From the NCBI GenBank assembly GCA_963785635.1, contig CAWAWB010000021.1, positions 41,002 through 105,001 on the forward strand: a DNA stretch of 64,000 nucleotides. The letters are read 5' to 3'. Positions 52,102-63,236 of the stretch are shown piece after piece. Source of the DNA: an uncultured Phycisphaerales bacterium (GTDB lineage Bacteria > Planctomycetota > Phycisphaerae > SM23-33 > FEN-1343). A program made the position numbers and the translations under genes. The notes beneath the pieces were generated by a model. That model saw only the letters and a program-made list of their open reading frames with translations, was not told where the DNA came from and ran no database searches. Within the stretch, counting starts at the first letter, position 1, and each line of letters begins with the position of its first letter.

Positions 52102-53453
52102 ATGCTTTCACTGGCCATAGATCTTCTTTACCTGCTGGCGATTGTGTTGACCAGTCCCATCTGGCTGTACCGCATGATCCGCCACGGCCGCTACCGCGAG
52201 GACATTGCCGAGCAGTTCGGCAAGGTCCCGCTGCGGCACGGCCTCCAGCCGGTGATCTGGATTCACGCGGTCAGCCTGGGCGAAGTGAACGGCATCCGCA
52301 CGCTGGTGGAAGAACTGGCCTCGCAATTGCCCGACTATGAGATCGTCATCTCCTCCACCACGGCCACCGGAATGGCCCAGGCGGGGCAGCTTTTTGCCTC
52401 GGCGCGGCGGGTGTTTCGCTTCCCGCTGGATTTTTCCTTCGCCGTGCGGCGGGCCTTTGCCCGCTTAAAGCCCGACCTGGTCGTGCTGATGGAAGGCGAG
52501 CTGTGGCCCAATTTCCTCGCCCGCGCAAAAAGCAGCACGTGCCGGTCGTCCTGGTCAACGGCCGCATGAGCGAAAACAAGGGCTATCGCGGCTACAAGCG
52601 GATCGGCCGCCTGTCGGGCAAGCTGCTCTTCAACAAGGTGACCGTGCTGGCCGTGCAGGATGAATCCTACGCCTGCCGCTTTATCGAGCTAGGCACCGAC
52701 CCCGAGAAAATTCGCGTCACGGGCATGATGAAGTACGACACGGCCGCCATCAGCCCCAACGTCGAAGGCACGGACAAGCTGGCCGCGGCGCTGGGAATCG
52801 GCGAGCAGGACAAACTCATCGTCGCCGGCGGCACGGGGCCGCGCGAAGAAGAGATGCTCTTGAACATGTTCGTGCTCGCTAAATCGCAGGTGACTTTCAG
52901 CCCCTGCGTGCGCCTGGCCATAGTTCCGCGCAAACCCGAGCGGTTCGATGAGGTGGCTACGATTATTCGCAATTACGGCTTCACCTGCATTCGCCGCAGC
53001 CAGTACGGCGACGATGGGCCGGCCGCGACGGATTCTTCCGCCATCATCCTGGGCGACACGATGGGCGAGCTGCGCAAGTTTTACAAGCTGGCCGCGGCGG
53101 TTTTTGTCGGCCGTTCGCTGGTGAAAATGGGCGGCAGCGATATGATCGAGGCCGCCGCGCTGGGACTACCCGTGTCCTTCGGGCCGCACGTGTTCAATTT
53201 CCCGCAGGCCCGTCAGCTTGTCCAGGCCAAGGTGGCCCGCCAGGTCGAGGACATCAAGGAGCTCGGCCAGGTGCTGGCCTATTGGCTGGCCAACCCGGCC
53301 GTGGCGCAGGAGCTTGGCAAACGCGCCCGGGAGTTTATCCTGGCCCAGCAGGGCGCCACGCGGCGAAACGTGGAAGTGATTTGCGATGTGCTGGGGCGCA
53401 CGGCGGCCCAAAGGCCGGGCGATATCGCCATGCAAAAGACCGCCCGGCAATAG
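52102..53453 (+). CDS. waaA: Kdo transferase, frameshift near 52530
   Basis: IWIHAVSLGE, E.ELWPN, NGRMS, PRKPERF, DTMGEL, FVGRSL. Confidence 0.9.
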
Positions 53454-53490
53454 AACATTCACGCGGCAACGATAGAGACCAGAGGCAAAA

Positions 53491-54606
53491 ATGCCCAGCA
53501 GGCGTTGGAGACAGGAAGTAGTTCGCAAGGCGCGGTCGATCGTCGTCAAGATCGGCACCAGCGCCCTGACGGATTCCGCCGGAAGGCTGGATGTGCCCTT
53601 CCTCTCTGATCTGGCCGGCCAGGTCGCCAAGGTTGTTGCCGGTGGCGTGGCGGTGACGGTCGTGGCCTCGGGCGCGGTCGGCGCCGGTATGTCCGAACTC
53701 GACTTGCCCAAACGGCCGGCCACGTTGCCCCTCTTGCAGGCCACCGCGGCGGTGGGGCAGGGCCAGCTCATGCGGCATTTTGCGGATGCCTTCGCCAAAC
53801 ACGGCATGAAGGTGGCGCAGATTCTGGTCACGCGCGGCGACTTTGAAAATCGCACTCGCTACCTCAACATCCGCAACACGGTGGGGGCCCTTCAGGAATA
53901 TAAAGTTGTCCCCATTTTGAACGAAAACGACACGGTGGCCGTTGATGAGCTGCGGTTCGGGGATAATGATATCATCGCCGCGCACATGACCAATCTGCTG
54001 CGGGCGCAGGTGCTGGTGCTGCTGACAAGCGTGGATGGCGTGTACCGCGGCAAGGAGTTGCTGGATATCGTCGAGGATGCCGGCCGGGGCGCTGAAAGAG
54101 TTGCCCACCGGCCAGCGCAGCGCCCTGGGCTCCGGCGGCATGGGCACCAAGCTCACCGCGGCCGACATGGTCGCGACGGCGGGTGAAGTGACCATCGTGG
54201 CCAACGCGCGGGCCAAGGACATACTGCCGCGCGTGCTGGCGGGCGAACAGATCGGCACGCTGGTCGTGCCTACGCCCAAACGCATGAGTGCGCGGCGGCG
54301 CTGGATCGGCCAGGCCTCCCGCGCGGCCGGCCGCGTGGTCGTGGATGACGGCGCGGCGGCGGCCCTGCGCAGCGCGGCAAGAGTCTCCTGCCCAGCGGCG
54401 TCACGGGCGTGATCGGCAGTTTTAATAAGGGCGATACCATCTCCATCTGCGATCGGCTGGGCAACATCATCGCTCGCGGCCTGGCCAACTATTCTGCCAA
54501 GCAAGCGGATGCGATCAAGGGCCTCAAGACCAGCCAGATCGCCAAGGCCCTGGGCGAAAAGCCCTACGATGAGCTGGTGCACCGGAATAACATGACGTTG
54601 ATGTGA
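53491..54606 (+). CDS. proB: Glutamate 5-kinase with PUA domain, frameshifted
   Basis: VVKIGTS, SGAVGAG, NENDTV, FGDND, GSGGMGTK, ARGLANY, VHRNN. Confidence 0.92.
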
Positions 54607-54896
54607 GAAGCACTGTGACTTGGGCTGCGACACCTGGACACTATGGCAATTCAGAACTACTTGATGCTGATTTCCTTGAGGATGTGGGGATGCTAGTCCG
54701 TCCCTTTCAAACAACAATTTGCATCGCCGGCGGAATGAATCTGACCGCTTTTAGGTAATGCCCCCAATTATTTGATCCCCAAAAACCTGCGCAAAACTGC
54801 AATCCGCCAAAGCTGCACAAGTTACACTGACTGACCAGTCTGACCAATCCTAGAATTACCCAGTTATAACGGGAAATCCACCCAGGGAGTTCTGAG

Positions 54897-55379
54897 ATGT
54901 ATAAGCGTATGTTATTTGGAGCTTTTGTGACGGCATTTGCTGTTATGGCTCTCGCGGCCATACCCCAAAAGGCGCTAGCGGCCCAGCCGATCAATGCCCC
55001 CGTGGCGTTGGCAAGCCATGGTGGTGGCGGCGGAGGTGGCGGTAGCGGCGGCCATGGGGGCGGAGGTGGCGGCGGGCACTGGGGTGGCGGTGGCGGCCAT
55101 TGGGGCGGCCATCATGACGGGTTTGCCCATCACGGCCACGACTTTGACCATCATCATGGGCATGAGTTCGACCATCATCATCATGATCATGATGATTTCT
55201 TCTTCGCGCCGGGTTTCGGCTTTGGGTTTGGCGGGTGGGGCAACGATGGTTGGGCCTACGGTTATCCCTACTCTTACCCGGCATACCCGTCTTGCCAGTA
55301 TTACAACGGCTACTACTACTGCTACGGGGACCCGTACGGGTACGGCTACAACTACTACTATGCGCCCGGGCCTTATTGA
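54897..55379 (+). CDS. Secreted Gly/His/Tyr-rich low-complexity protein
   Basis: Signal peptide, GGGGH repeats, HHHGHEFDHHHH block, YGYP/YYY tail. Confidence 0.7.
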   Translation: MYKRMLFGAFVTAFAVMALAAIPQKALAAQPINAPVALASHGGGGGGGGSGGHGGGGGGGHWGGGGGHWGGHHDGFAHHGHDFDHHHGHEFDHHHHDHDDFFFAPGFGFGFGGWGNDGWAYGYPYSYPAYPSCQYYNGYYYCYGDPYGYGYNYYYAPGPY

Positions 55380-55523
55380 TGAGTCACATCGTCTTAGCCC
55401 CCTTGGGGGAAAGGGGTCAAGGAATCCCCGGAGCCAAGCGCTCCAGAGACCGCAGTTTCTTCCGTGCCAACTCTCCAAGCAGCGTGTGGCAGCCATCGCC
55501 CCGAAGCGGGTAAGATATGGACC

Positions 55524-55769
55524 ATGATTGAAGTGCATTGCCAAAGCTGCGGTTACCGCTTCGGCGTCCAGGACACCGTCGAGGGCCTGACCACCGAGTG
55601 TCCGCATTGCGGCGCGGAGGTGGCGGTGCCGTCCATGCGCGACGTCGAACTGCCGCTGGACAACAGCGTGCCCCCGCCTGTGCGCTATCACACTGTGGCA
55701 CGTGAGGAGGAGAAACCCGCCTCGCCATCGCAAGGGAAGGCGCAAAAGAAGCCACCGCCTAAGAAGTGA
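55524..55769 (+). CDS. Small zinc-ribbon protein
   Basis: CQSC...CPHC. Confidence 0.7.
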   Translation: MIEVHCQSCGYRFGVQDTVEGLTTECPHCGAEVAVPSMRDVELPLDNSVPPPVRYHTVAREEEKPASPSQGKAQKKPPPKK

Positions 55770-55770
55770 A

Positions 55771-55927
55771 GTACAAATTACAAGTTATTACAAGTTACAA
55801 ATTACAAATTGAGAACGCGTAGTTCTTGCCTTAATTTGTACTTTGTAACTTGTAACTCCTTTTACACATAAGGGACATCACAGTCTCTTGCTTTAATTTG
55901 TCACTTGTACTTTGTAATTTGTAATTT
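55771..55927. repeat. Inverted heptamer arrays (TACAAAT/TACAAGT)n ... (TTTGTAA)n
   Basis: tacaaattacaagttattacaagttacaaattacaaatt; aatttgtactttgtaacttgtaac. Confidence 0.8.
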
Positions 55928-55928
55928 C

Positions 55929-57587
55929 ATGAAGATTGCATTGGCCCAATTCGACCCTGTAGTCGGCGATATCTCCGGCAACGCCCGGCGGATTGCCGAC
56001 TACATCGACCGCGCGGCGGAGGCGGGCGCCGACCTGGCCGTCTTCAGCGAGCTTTCCCTGTGCGGCTACCCACCGCGCGACCTGCTTTTGAAAGAGGCCT
56101 TCATCGCCCAGAACCTGCGGGCGGTGGAAGAACTGGCCAAACACTGCACAAGAACGGCCGCGCTGGTGGGTTTTGCTCGGCCCAGCGATAAGTCGGCGGG
56201 CCGGCGGCTCTACAACGCGGCGGCGCTGCTGGCCCAAGGCCGCAAGATCGGCGAGCACGTCAAAAGCCTGCTGCCCACCTACGACGTTTTCGATGAGACC
56301 CGCTACTTCGAGCCGGGCGGGCCGCCTCAAGTGCTGGTGCTGCCCTCGGGCGGGCGCATCGGCGTGACCATCTGCGAGGACCTGTGGGATCCGATGGCGC
56401 TGGGCCGCCGGCTTTATAGCGAGGACCCCGCCGCGGCCCTGGCCGGCTTGAATGTGGATGTAATCATCAACATGTCCGCCAGTCCCTACCAGCACGACAA
56501 GCTGGCGGTGAAGCGGTCGCTCCTGGGTCGCCAGGCCCGCCGGGTCGGCAAACCCATCGTGTACGTCAACCAGGTCGGGGGCAATGATGAGCTGATCTTT
56601 GACGGCGCCAGTTGGGCGGTCGATTCTGCCGGCACGCGCATCGCCCAGTGCAAGCGCTTTGGCGAGGACCTGGTGGTGGTAGATCTGGAGGCTAAGGCCG
56701 AGGCCAAACCCGCCGCGCCGCCGCCGGAGGTGGAGGATGGCATCGCCGGTTTAAAGGGCGCGCTGGAGCTGGGCCTGCGGGACTACGTACACAAGTGTAC
56801 GTTTACGCGTGTGGTGCTGGGGCTGTCGGGCGGGATCGATTCGGCCCTGGTGGCCGTGCTGGCGGCCGATGCGCTGGGGCCGCAAAACGTGCTGGGCGTC
56901 TCCATGCCCAGCCGCTATTCCAGCGAGCACAGTAAGACCGATGCGGCCAAACTGGCCGAGAATCTGGGCATCAAGTACGAGGTCGTGCCGATCGAGCGGA
57001 TGCACGGCGCGGCGGAGGTGGGATTATCCAAGGTCTTCGCCAACGTGCCGCCAGACTTGACCGAAGAAAATCTTCAGGCCCGCATGCGCGGGGCCATCAT
57101 CATGGCCATCAGCAATAAGTTCGGCCATCTTGCGCTGACCACCGGCAACAAGAGCGAGCTTTCCACGGGCTACTGCACGCTCTATGGCGATATGTGCGGC
57201 GGCCTGGCGCCCATCGGCGATGTGCCCAAGACCATGGTGTATTCGCTGTGCAAGCACATCAACGAGCGGGCGGGTTATGACCGCGTTCCCGCCAACACGC
57301 TGGTCAAGCCGCCCTCGGCCGAGCTTCGTCCCAACCAGACCGACCAGGACACGCTGCCGCCGTACGAGGTGCTGGATGAAGTCCTGGCCAAGTACGTGGA
57401 GCAGGAGAAGGATGCCCAGCAGATCATCGCCGAGGGATTCGATGCGGCCATGGTGCGCAAGGTCATCCGCATGGTCGACAGCAGCGAGTACAAGCGCCGC
57501 CAGGCGGCCCCGGCTCTAAAAGTGACCGGCCGCGCGTTCGGCGCCGGCCGACGCATGCCCATCGCCCAACGATTCAAGTACGAGTAG
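55929..57587 (+). CDS. nadE: Glutamine-dependent NAD+ synthetase
   Basis: Nitrilase domain (ICEDLW) plus LSGGIDS, ENLQAR, GNKSE, PPSAEL, EYKRRQ. Confidence 0.95.
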   Translation: MKIALAQFDPVVGDISGNARRIADYIDRAAEAGADLAVFSELSLCGYPPRDLLLKEAFIAQNLRAVEELAKHCTRTAALVGFARPSDKSAGRRLYNAAALLAQGRKIGEHVKSLLPTYDVFDETRYFEPGGPPQVLVLPSGGRIGVTICEDLWDPMALGRRLYSEDPAAALAGLNVDVIINMSASPYQHDKLAVKRSLLGRQARRVGKPIVYVNQVGGNDELIFDGASWAVDSAGTRIAQCKRFGEDLVVVDLEAKAEAKPAAPPPEVEDGIAGLKGALELGLRDYVHKCTFTRVVLGLSGGIDSALVAVLAADALGPQNVLGVSMPSRYSSEHSKTDAAKLAENLGIKYEVVPIERMHGAAEVGLSKVFANVPPDLTEENLQARMRGAIIMAISNKFGHLALTTGNKSELSTGYCTLYGDMCGGLAPIGDVPKTMVYSLCKHINERAGYDRVPANTLVKPPSAELRPNQTDQDTLPPYEVLDEVLAKYVEQEKDAQQIIAEGFDAAMVRKVIRMVDSSEYKRRQAAPALKVTGRAFGAGRRMPIAQRFKYE

Positions 57588-57675
57588 GGCTCTCCTCCCA
57601 AAGGGTTGGTGCGGGATGTCGACCTCACCTAGACGAGCGCAAGCGTACCGACCTTCGAATGAGTGGAATCTTCTT

Positions 57676-58068
57676 CAGGCCCGTTCACGGGCCTTTGCCG
57701 CCGAAGGCGGTGTAGGCCAGGGCTTTTAGCCCTGGTAAAGGAGCTCTCCCTAGCACGCTTCAGCGCGCTTTTCCGGGGCTTCAGCCTTCTGGGAAACCCG
57801 GGCCAAGGCCCGCGGCATGAGCAGGCAAGCGCGCTAAATCGTGCTGAGGAAATAAGGGGTTAATTCACTGGGTTATCCAGGCATAAAAGGCCTGGCCTAC
57901 ACCCCGCTCCACCTGCCTGTCTCCGCCTTCGGCTTCGCCGTGGCAAGCGGCTGCGCAGGGGAAAAGGCCGGTAAACGGGTCTGAAGAGGCAATCATTGCT
58001 AACCTGGCGCTGCATTGCACCCTCACCCGGCCCTGCGGGCCACCCTCTCCCCTCAAGGGAGAGGGGTC
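57676..58068. repeat. Cluster of REP-like palindromes
   Basis: aggcccgttcacgggcct (also near 60906), ccagggcttttagccctgg, ccctctcccctcaagggagaggg. Confidence 0.65.
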
Positions 58069-58185
58069 GCGCATGCTGTTTGGCGCGACCTTCCGGCATG
58101 GCCGCCGAAATTAAGCGCTGGGACTGGAAGAATATAATGGCACGAACCTCTGTCTCCTGAACTTTTCATGTTGGGGGAGCGGGGA

Positions 58186-58815
58186 ATGGAAGAGCTAATC
58201 CTGGTCCGGCACGGCCATTCGCAGCACATGGTCCTGCACATGGCGGGCGGCTGGGTGCAAACACCGCTGACGCAGCTCGGGGCGGCGCAGGCCCAGGCTG
58301 CCGCCGCTCGGCTGCGCGAGGAACTGGCCGGAAAAACCGTCCGGCTCTTCACCAGCGACCTGGAGCGCACGCTCCAGACGGCGCGGGCGATAGCGGAGCA
58401 TATCGGCGTCGAACCCCAGCTCGCCCCCGGCCTGCGCGAGCAGAATCTCGGCGTGGCCAACACAATGACCGACGAGCAGGCCCAGCAGCTGGGTCTCAAC
58501 CCCGTCGGGCCGCCCGTGGACCGACGCTGGTTCCCCCTCTCAGAAACCTGGCGGGAAATGATGACGCGAGTCTTTGCCTGCATGGATGATCTGGACCGGC
58601 GCGTCGAAGGAACAGTGGTGGCAGTTTCACATGCGGGCTGTGGAACGTGCGTGCTTTTCTGGTGGCTGGGGCTGGCGCCGGACCTATGGCCGCAGATTCA
58701 GTTCGAACTGGATCTGTGCAGCATATCGGTAATGCGGATTGGGGAATACGGAGGACGGAGGGTTATGCGGCTAAACGACATATCTCATCTTGCTGAGTTG
58801 GCAAAGCCGGCGTAG
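58186..58815 (+). CDS. Histidine phosphatase (phosphoglycerate mutase family)
   Basis: LVRHG, SDLERT, LRE, VSHAG. Confidence 0.9.
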   Translation: MEELILVRHGHSQHMVLHMAGGWVQTPLTQLGAAQAQAAAARLREELAGKTVRLFTSDLERTLQTARAIAEHIGVEPQLAPGLREQNLGVANTMTDEQAQQLGLNPVGPPVDRRWFPLSETWREMMTRVFACMDDLDRRVEGTVVAVSHAGCGTCVLFWWLGLAPDLWPQIQFELDLCSISVMRIGEYGGRRVMRLNDISHLAELAKPA

Positions 58816-58986
58816 TCTGCAAAAGAGCTAAATCACCAAGCACACAAAGAGCACCAAGAGCACCAAAAAACACAAGAAAAACTGATCCCATTCTTGGTGC
58901 TCTTGGTGTCCTTGGTGCTCTTGGTGTTCAGTTTGAATATGTGCTTACGTTCCGAGAATCGGCAAAGCGCTTGCTCTTGCGCAACC

Positions 58987-59664
58987 TTACGGTTGCGCGG
59001 TCACCGGGTGGAGATACTTACTGAACCATTCCACCGTGTGCAGCGCGGCCTGTTCCAGCGTGCCGGGTTCTTCAAAAAGATGGCTGGCGCCGCGAATGAT
59101 GACCAGCTCACTGTGGCCGTGCAGCATGGACTGCACCTGCTGATTGAGCCGCAGCACATCCGGATCGTTGCCGCCCACGATGAGCAGAACCGGCGCCCGC
59201 ACATTGGGCAGGTCTTTGGCGGCCATATCGCCGCGCCCGCCGCGCGAAACCACCGCCTGCACGAAGTCGGTTCTCTTGGCCGCCGCCACCAGCGCGGCCG
59301 CGGCTCCCGTCGAGGCCCCAAAAATGCCGATCGGCAGCTTTTCCGTCTGCTCCATCTGACTTATCCAATCCACCGCGGCGATCACCCGCTGGGAGAGCAG
59401 ATCGATGTTAAAACGCAATTCGCGCGTAATTTCATCCGTCCGCTGCTCCTGCGGCGTCAGTAAGTCCAGCAGCAATGTGCCAATAGAGGCATTGTGCAAC
59501 ATTTCCGCTACGGCCCGGTTGCGCGGGCTGAACCTGCCCGATCCTGAGCCGTGGGCGAATATGACGATTCCCTGACTGGAAGGCTCGACGGTGAGCGTGG
59601 CGTCCATTTCCGCCGCGGGCGTTTCCAACGTAATTTCGCGGCCGCTCTTAACCACTTTAACCAC
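58987..59664 (-). CDS. Dienelactone-hydrolase-like alpha/beta hydrolase
   Basis: FAHGSGSGRFSPRN, GASTG, VSRGGR, HLFEE. Confidence 0.88.
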   Translation of the reverse strand: MVKVVKSGREITLETPAAEMDATLTVEPSSQGIVIFAHGSGSGRFSPRNRAVAEMLHNASIGTLLLDLLTPQEQRTDEITRELRFNIDLLSQRVIAAVDWISQMEQTEKLPIGIFGASTGAAAALVAAAKRTDFVQAVVSRGGRGDMAAKDLPNVRAPVLLIVGGNDPDVLRLNQQVQSMLHGHSELVIIRGASHLFEEPGTLEQAALHTVEWFSKYLHPVTAQP

Positions 59665-59712
59665 CTCAATTCCCGAATCGAAACGTATGAAATTTACTCA
59701 AAAAATACAAAG

Positions 59713-60368
59713 TCACCTGCCCGCGTGCTCCCAGGCCCGCGACAAAAGATCGCGCACCTCCTCATCGCTGGTCTGGTCGAACAGTTCATACCACTGCCCG
59801 ACCGCGCGAAAGTTCTCCGGCGTCATCAACACCATAACTTCATCGGCCTCATCCTCGAGCATGGCCGCCGTCTCCGGCGGGGCCACAGGCACGGCCACGA
59901 CGATTTTCTTGGGCGAATGCTGCCGCACGGCCGCCACGGCCACGCGCATGGTTGCGCCCGTGGCCAGGCCGTCATCAACCAGGATGATCGTTTTATCTTC
60001 CAACTCAGGCTCGCCCTTGTCGCCGCGGTAGGCCTTCTGCGCCGGAGCAGCTCCGCCCGTTCGCGCTCGCTGACGGCTTCGATTTGCTGCGGGCCGATTC
60101 TCAGCAGGCGGATAACGTCCTGGTTGAGCACGCGTGCGTTGCCCGTGGCGATCGCCCCCATGGCCAGTTCCGGCTGCTCGGGCGCCCTGAACTTGCGCAC
60201 CAGGAGCAGGTCCAGTGGAGAACCCAGGGCTTTAGCGACTTCGTAGGCTACGACAACTCCGCCGCGCGGCAGTCCCAGCACAATAACCCCCTCCTGGCCG
60301 GCATAATTGCTCAACACCCTGGCCAGTTCCCTGCCCGCCTGCACGCGGTCTTCAAATGGCGCTTGCAT
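59713..60368 (-). CDS. Phosphoribosyltransferase, frameshift near 60040
   Basis: FEDR..AG, LPRGG, VDDGLATG. Confidence 0.88.
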
Positions 60369-60471
60369 AATGTCCCCTCAAAAAATGTGCTCGCCGCTTC
60401 ATATGATTCTATGGAGTCCGATGGCACTGAGAAATCAATCCGTGGCGGACAGCCCGCCAAAAGGATTCGGA

Positions 60472-60873
60472 ATGAAAGAGACTGCTATAAGCCAGGCCGT
60501 GACCATGGCGGCCGAAGGCAAACCGGCCTTTTTGACGACAGTCAGCTCAGATGGCGTCCCCCATGTAACCACAGTGGGCGGTCTGAAGATCCTGGATCCC
60601 GACCACATCCGCTTGATGGAATGGTTCTGCCCGCGGACCGTGGAGAACACGCGCGAGAACCGACAGGTCTCGCTGGTCGTGTGGGATCAAATCGCCAACA
60701 CGGGCTGGCAACTCACGGGCAAGGTTGAGTTTATCCAGGATGCGGCCATCATGGACGGCTACAACCCCGAAAAACCCCAGGAGGATATGCCGCAAATCCT
60801 GGCCATGCTGGACCTGCACGTGGAGAAGGTGATGCGTTTTCACCACGGGCCGCACAGCGACAAGGAGGAATAG
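60472..60873 (+). CDS. Pyridoxamine 5'-phosphate oxidase-family FMN-binding protein
   Basis: TVSSDGVPH, TVEN..EN, GWQL.G. Confidence 0.8.
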   Translation: MKETAISQAVTMAAEGKPAFLTTVSSDGVPHVTTVGGLKILDPDHIRLMEWFCPRTVENTRENRQVSLVVWDQIANTGWQLTGKVEFIQDAAIMDGYNPEKPQEDMPQILAMLDLHVEKVMRFHHGPHSDKEE

Positions 60874-61057
60874 CTTCAATAGGGGGACATTCAAGTTGCC
60901 TCCTCAGGCCCTGTTCACGGGCCTTTGCGCAGCCAGCTTGCCACGGGAGGAAAAGCGCACGAAGCCAATTTGAGTGCTCAAAACTTACATCCAAATGCCA
61001 ATATTGTTCCATTTTTCGCACTAGCCGTAATGTCTGCAAAGAATGCAGGACTCTTAA

Positions 61058-61168
61058 AACCCCGGTAGGGGTTTAATAGGCGTGCCCTCACGTTGCGGCG
61101 AAATGCGAAGCATGAGCCGCTACCCGGGGTAAGGTTCCCCCAAATCAAGAACCCCGGTAGGGGTTCAA
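61058..61168. repeat. REP-like palindromes AACCCCGGTAGGGGTT (x2)
   Basis: Copies at ~61059 and ~61150. Confidence 0.7.
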
Positions 61169-61398
61169 TAATCGCTGCATCACAAACCGCCGCCGCCGCA
61201 ATATATTAATATTATTGAATACAGCTTTTATTTAATTTAAAAACAACCACTTATGATAAGTCGCTTGGCCTCCTTGGCCTTCTTCAGTTAAGTGGTTATT
61301 GTTCAATCATTTACCTTGACAAAACAAGGTGGCCACCTTGGCCACCTTGGCCTCCTTCAAATCATTCCTAATAAGCCAATTTTGGCGCTTCGCCGGCA

Positions 61399-62079
61399 TC
61401 AACGCCCCTGCGCGGCTGGCTCTTTCCTCGTGCCAATCTTGCTTTCCGTCCCGGCCAAAAGGCGCCTGATGTTGGTGCGATGGCGGAAGATGATCAACGC
61501 CGCCATGGCCACCGCGAATACCAGCAGCGGCCACATTTGCTGCGGGCTCTGGCCCTTCAGCAGGCAATACCCCACAAAAAGCGGTGCGAACGCCGCCGCG
61601 GCGACGATTGAGCCGAGGGAAATGTATCTGGATAAAAGTGTCACCGCCGCCCACAGTGCGAAGGCCGCCAGGCCCGGCAGAGTCAAATACGGCCAGAAGC
61701 CAAGTACCACGCCCAATGAGGTGGCGACGCCCTTGCCGCCGCGGAATTTCAGGAAGGGGGTGAAAATGTGGCCCAGGATGCAGCCCAAGGCTGCGCACAT
61801 CCAGGCCGCCTGCTCCGAGGCCGTCAAACCTCCTGCGCAAAGGAACAGGCCCGCAAAGAACACGGGAAAAAATCCCTTGGCCGCATCCAGGGCGAAGCAG
61901 AAGTAGCCCCAGCCCCTGCCCAGCACGCGGGCCACGTTGGTCGCCCCGACGTTGCCGCTGCCGGTGCGGCGCAGATCCACGCCTTTGGCGCGCCCGATCA
62001 GGAACCCGAACGGGATCGAGCCCGCCAGGAATCCAGCCAGCGGAAAAACCACCCACTGCACAAACGCTTCACCGGTCAT
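61399..62079 (-). CDS. plsY: Glycerol-3-phosphate acyltransferase
   Basis: GSIPFG, GSGNVGATN, DAAKG, GGKGVAT, RHRTNI. Confidence 0.95.
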   Translation of the reverse strand: MTGEAFVQWVVFPLAGFLAGSIPFGFLIGRAKGVDLRRTGSGNVGATNVARVLGRGWGYFCFALDAAKGFFPVFFAGLFLCAGGLTASEQAAWMCAALGCILGHIFTPFLKFRGGKGVATSLGVVLGFWPYLTLPGLAAFALWAAVTLLSRYISLGSIVAAAAFAPLFVGYCLLKGQSPQQMWPLLVFAVAMAALIIFRHRTNIRRLLAGTESKIGTRKEPAAQGR

Positions 62080-63236
62080 GACTGCGCAATCTCCTGGTAC
62101 ACCGCCACCAATTCATCCACGTGCCGGCGGACATTGACGTACTCGGCCAACTGGAGGCATGCCTGCCTGTACTTTTCGCGCCGCTCCGGCTGGGCGAGTT
62201 CCTCCAGGGCCCGGTTGATCTGGGGCATGTGGCGCGGCCCATCCACGACGATGCCGGCCCCTCTTTCCAGCATTTCGCACGCGCCCGCGAAACGCGTGGT
62301 AATGCCCGGCAGGCCATAGGCCAGCCCTTCCAAAATTACGCGCCCGCACGCATCGTACCAGCTCAGCAGGATCACGACATCGCTGGCCGCATATAGCTGG
62401 TCCATGTCATTCGTCGGCTCCAGCAAAAGGACGTGGCCTTTTACGCCCAGCTCTTCAATCATGTGCTCATATTTGTTCTTGTCGGAGCTGCCTACGACCA
62501 CCAGGTATGAACTCTTGCCGCCCTCGCAGTTCCAGTAGAACGAGGAGAAGGCCTGAAGGGTTTCCCATACGCCCTTGCGCTGGTTGTCCGTCACTGGGCA
62601 CAACACCACGAAATCATCCGGCCCGGCGCCCCACTGGCTGCGCAGGGCCGCGGCGGCGCTGTTCTTAGGTTTGGCCGGCGGATTTATTCCGTTATAAACG
62701 GTGTGTACGCGCTGGGTGCGGCCGTAGAACTCTTCCAGTTCGCGGGCGACCATCTGGCTGATGGGCAGACACCAGGTGCTGAGATCCGCCATCACTTTGG
62801 CTTCCAATTTGCTCACCAGCGCCCGCTGGCGGTTTAATAGCCAGGTGCAGCGGCGCAGCGGCCGCAGGATCGGCACGAGCTTTCTGACCAGCCCCTCGCG
62901 CAGCGCCGGCATGGGGCCGGTGCGAAGCTGGTAAATATTTGCCCCCGGCAGGGGAAACATGGCGTGTGTGACGTCATAGCCGCCGCTGGACATCTCCCGC
63001 TGCGCGGCCGTCACAAACCGGCTCAGCGCCCACCTGCGAAAGCGGCTTGCGCCCCCAAGCTGCTTCACCGTGAATGCCGCGCCATCCGGCGCCCGACCGC
63101 TCATGCAGACTACCTGCACATCGTGGCCGCGCCGCGCAGCTCCGCCGCGATTTCTCCCGTGCTGCGCTCCCGTCCGCCGCGCGTGGGATTGAAGCTGCTC
63201 GATGAACAGTCCCACGCGAAACCGTCGCTCGCTCAC
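62076..63236 (-). CDS. GT4 glycosyltransferase (WaaG-like); N-terminus locally frameshifted
   Basis: VYNGI, RKG, YDACGRVILEGLAYGLP. Confidence 0.85.
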   Translation of the reverse strand: MSERRFRVGLFIEQLQSHARRTGAQHGRNRGGAARRGHDVQVVCMSGRAPDGAAFTVKQLGGASRFRRWALSRFVTAAQREMSSGGYDVTHAMFPLPGANIYQLRTGPMPALREGLVRKLVPILRPLRRCTWLLNRQRALVSKLEAKVMADLSTWCLPISQMVARELEEFYGRTQRVHTVYNGINPPAKPKNSAAAALRSQWGAGPDDFVVLCPVTDNQRKGVWETLQAFSSFYWNCEGGKSSYLVVVGSSDKNKYEHMIEELGVKGHVLLLEPTNDMDQLYAASDVVILLSWYDACGRVILEGLAYGLPGITTRFAGACEMLERGAGIVVDGPRHMPQINRALEELAQPERREKYRQACLQLAEYVNVRRHVDELVAVYQEIAQS

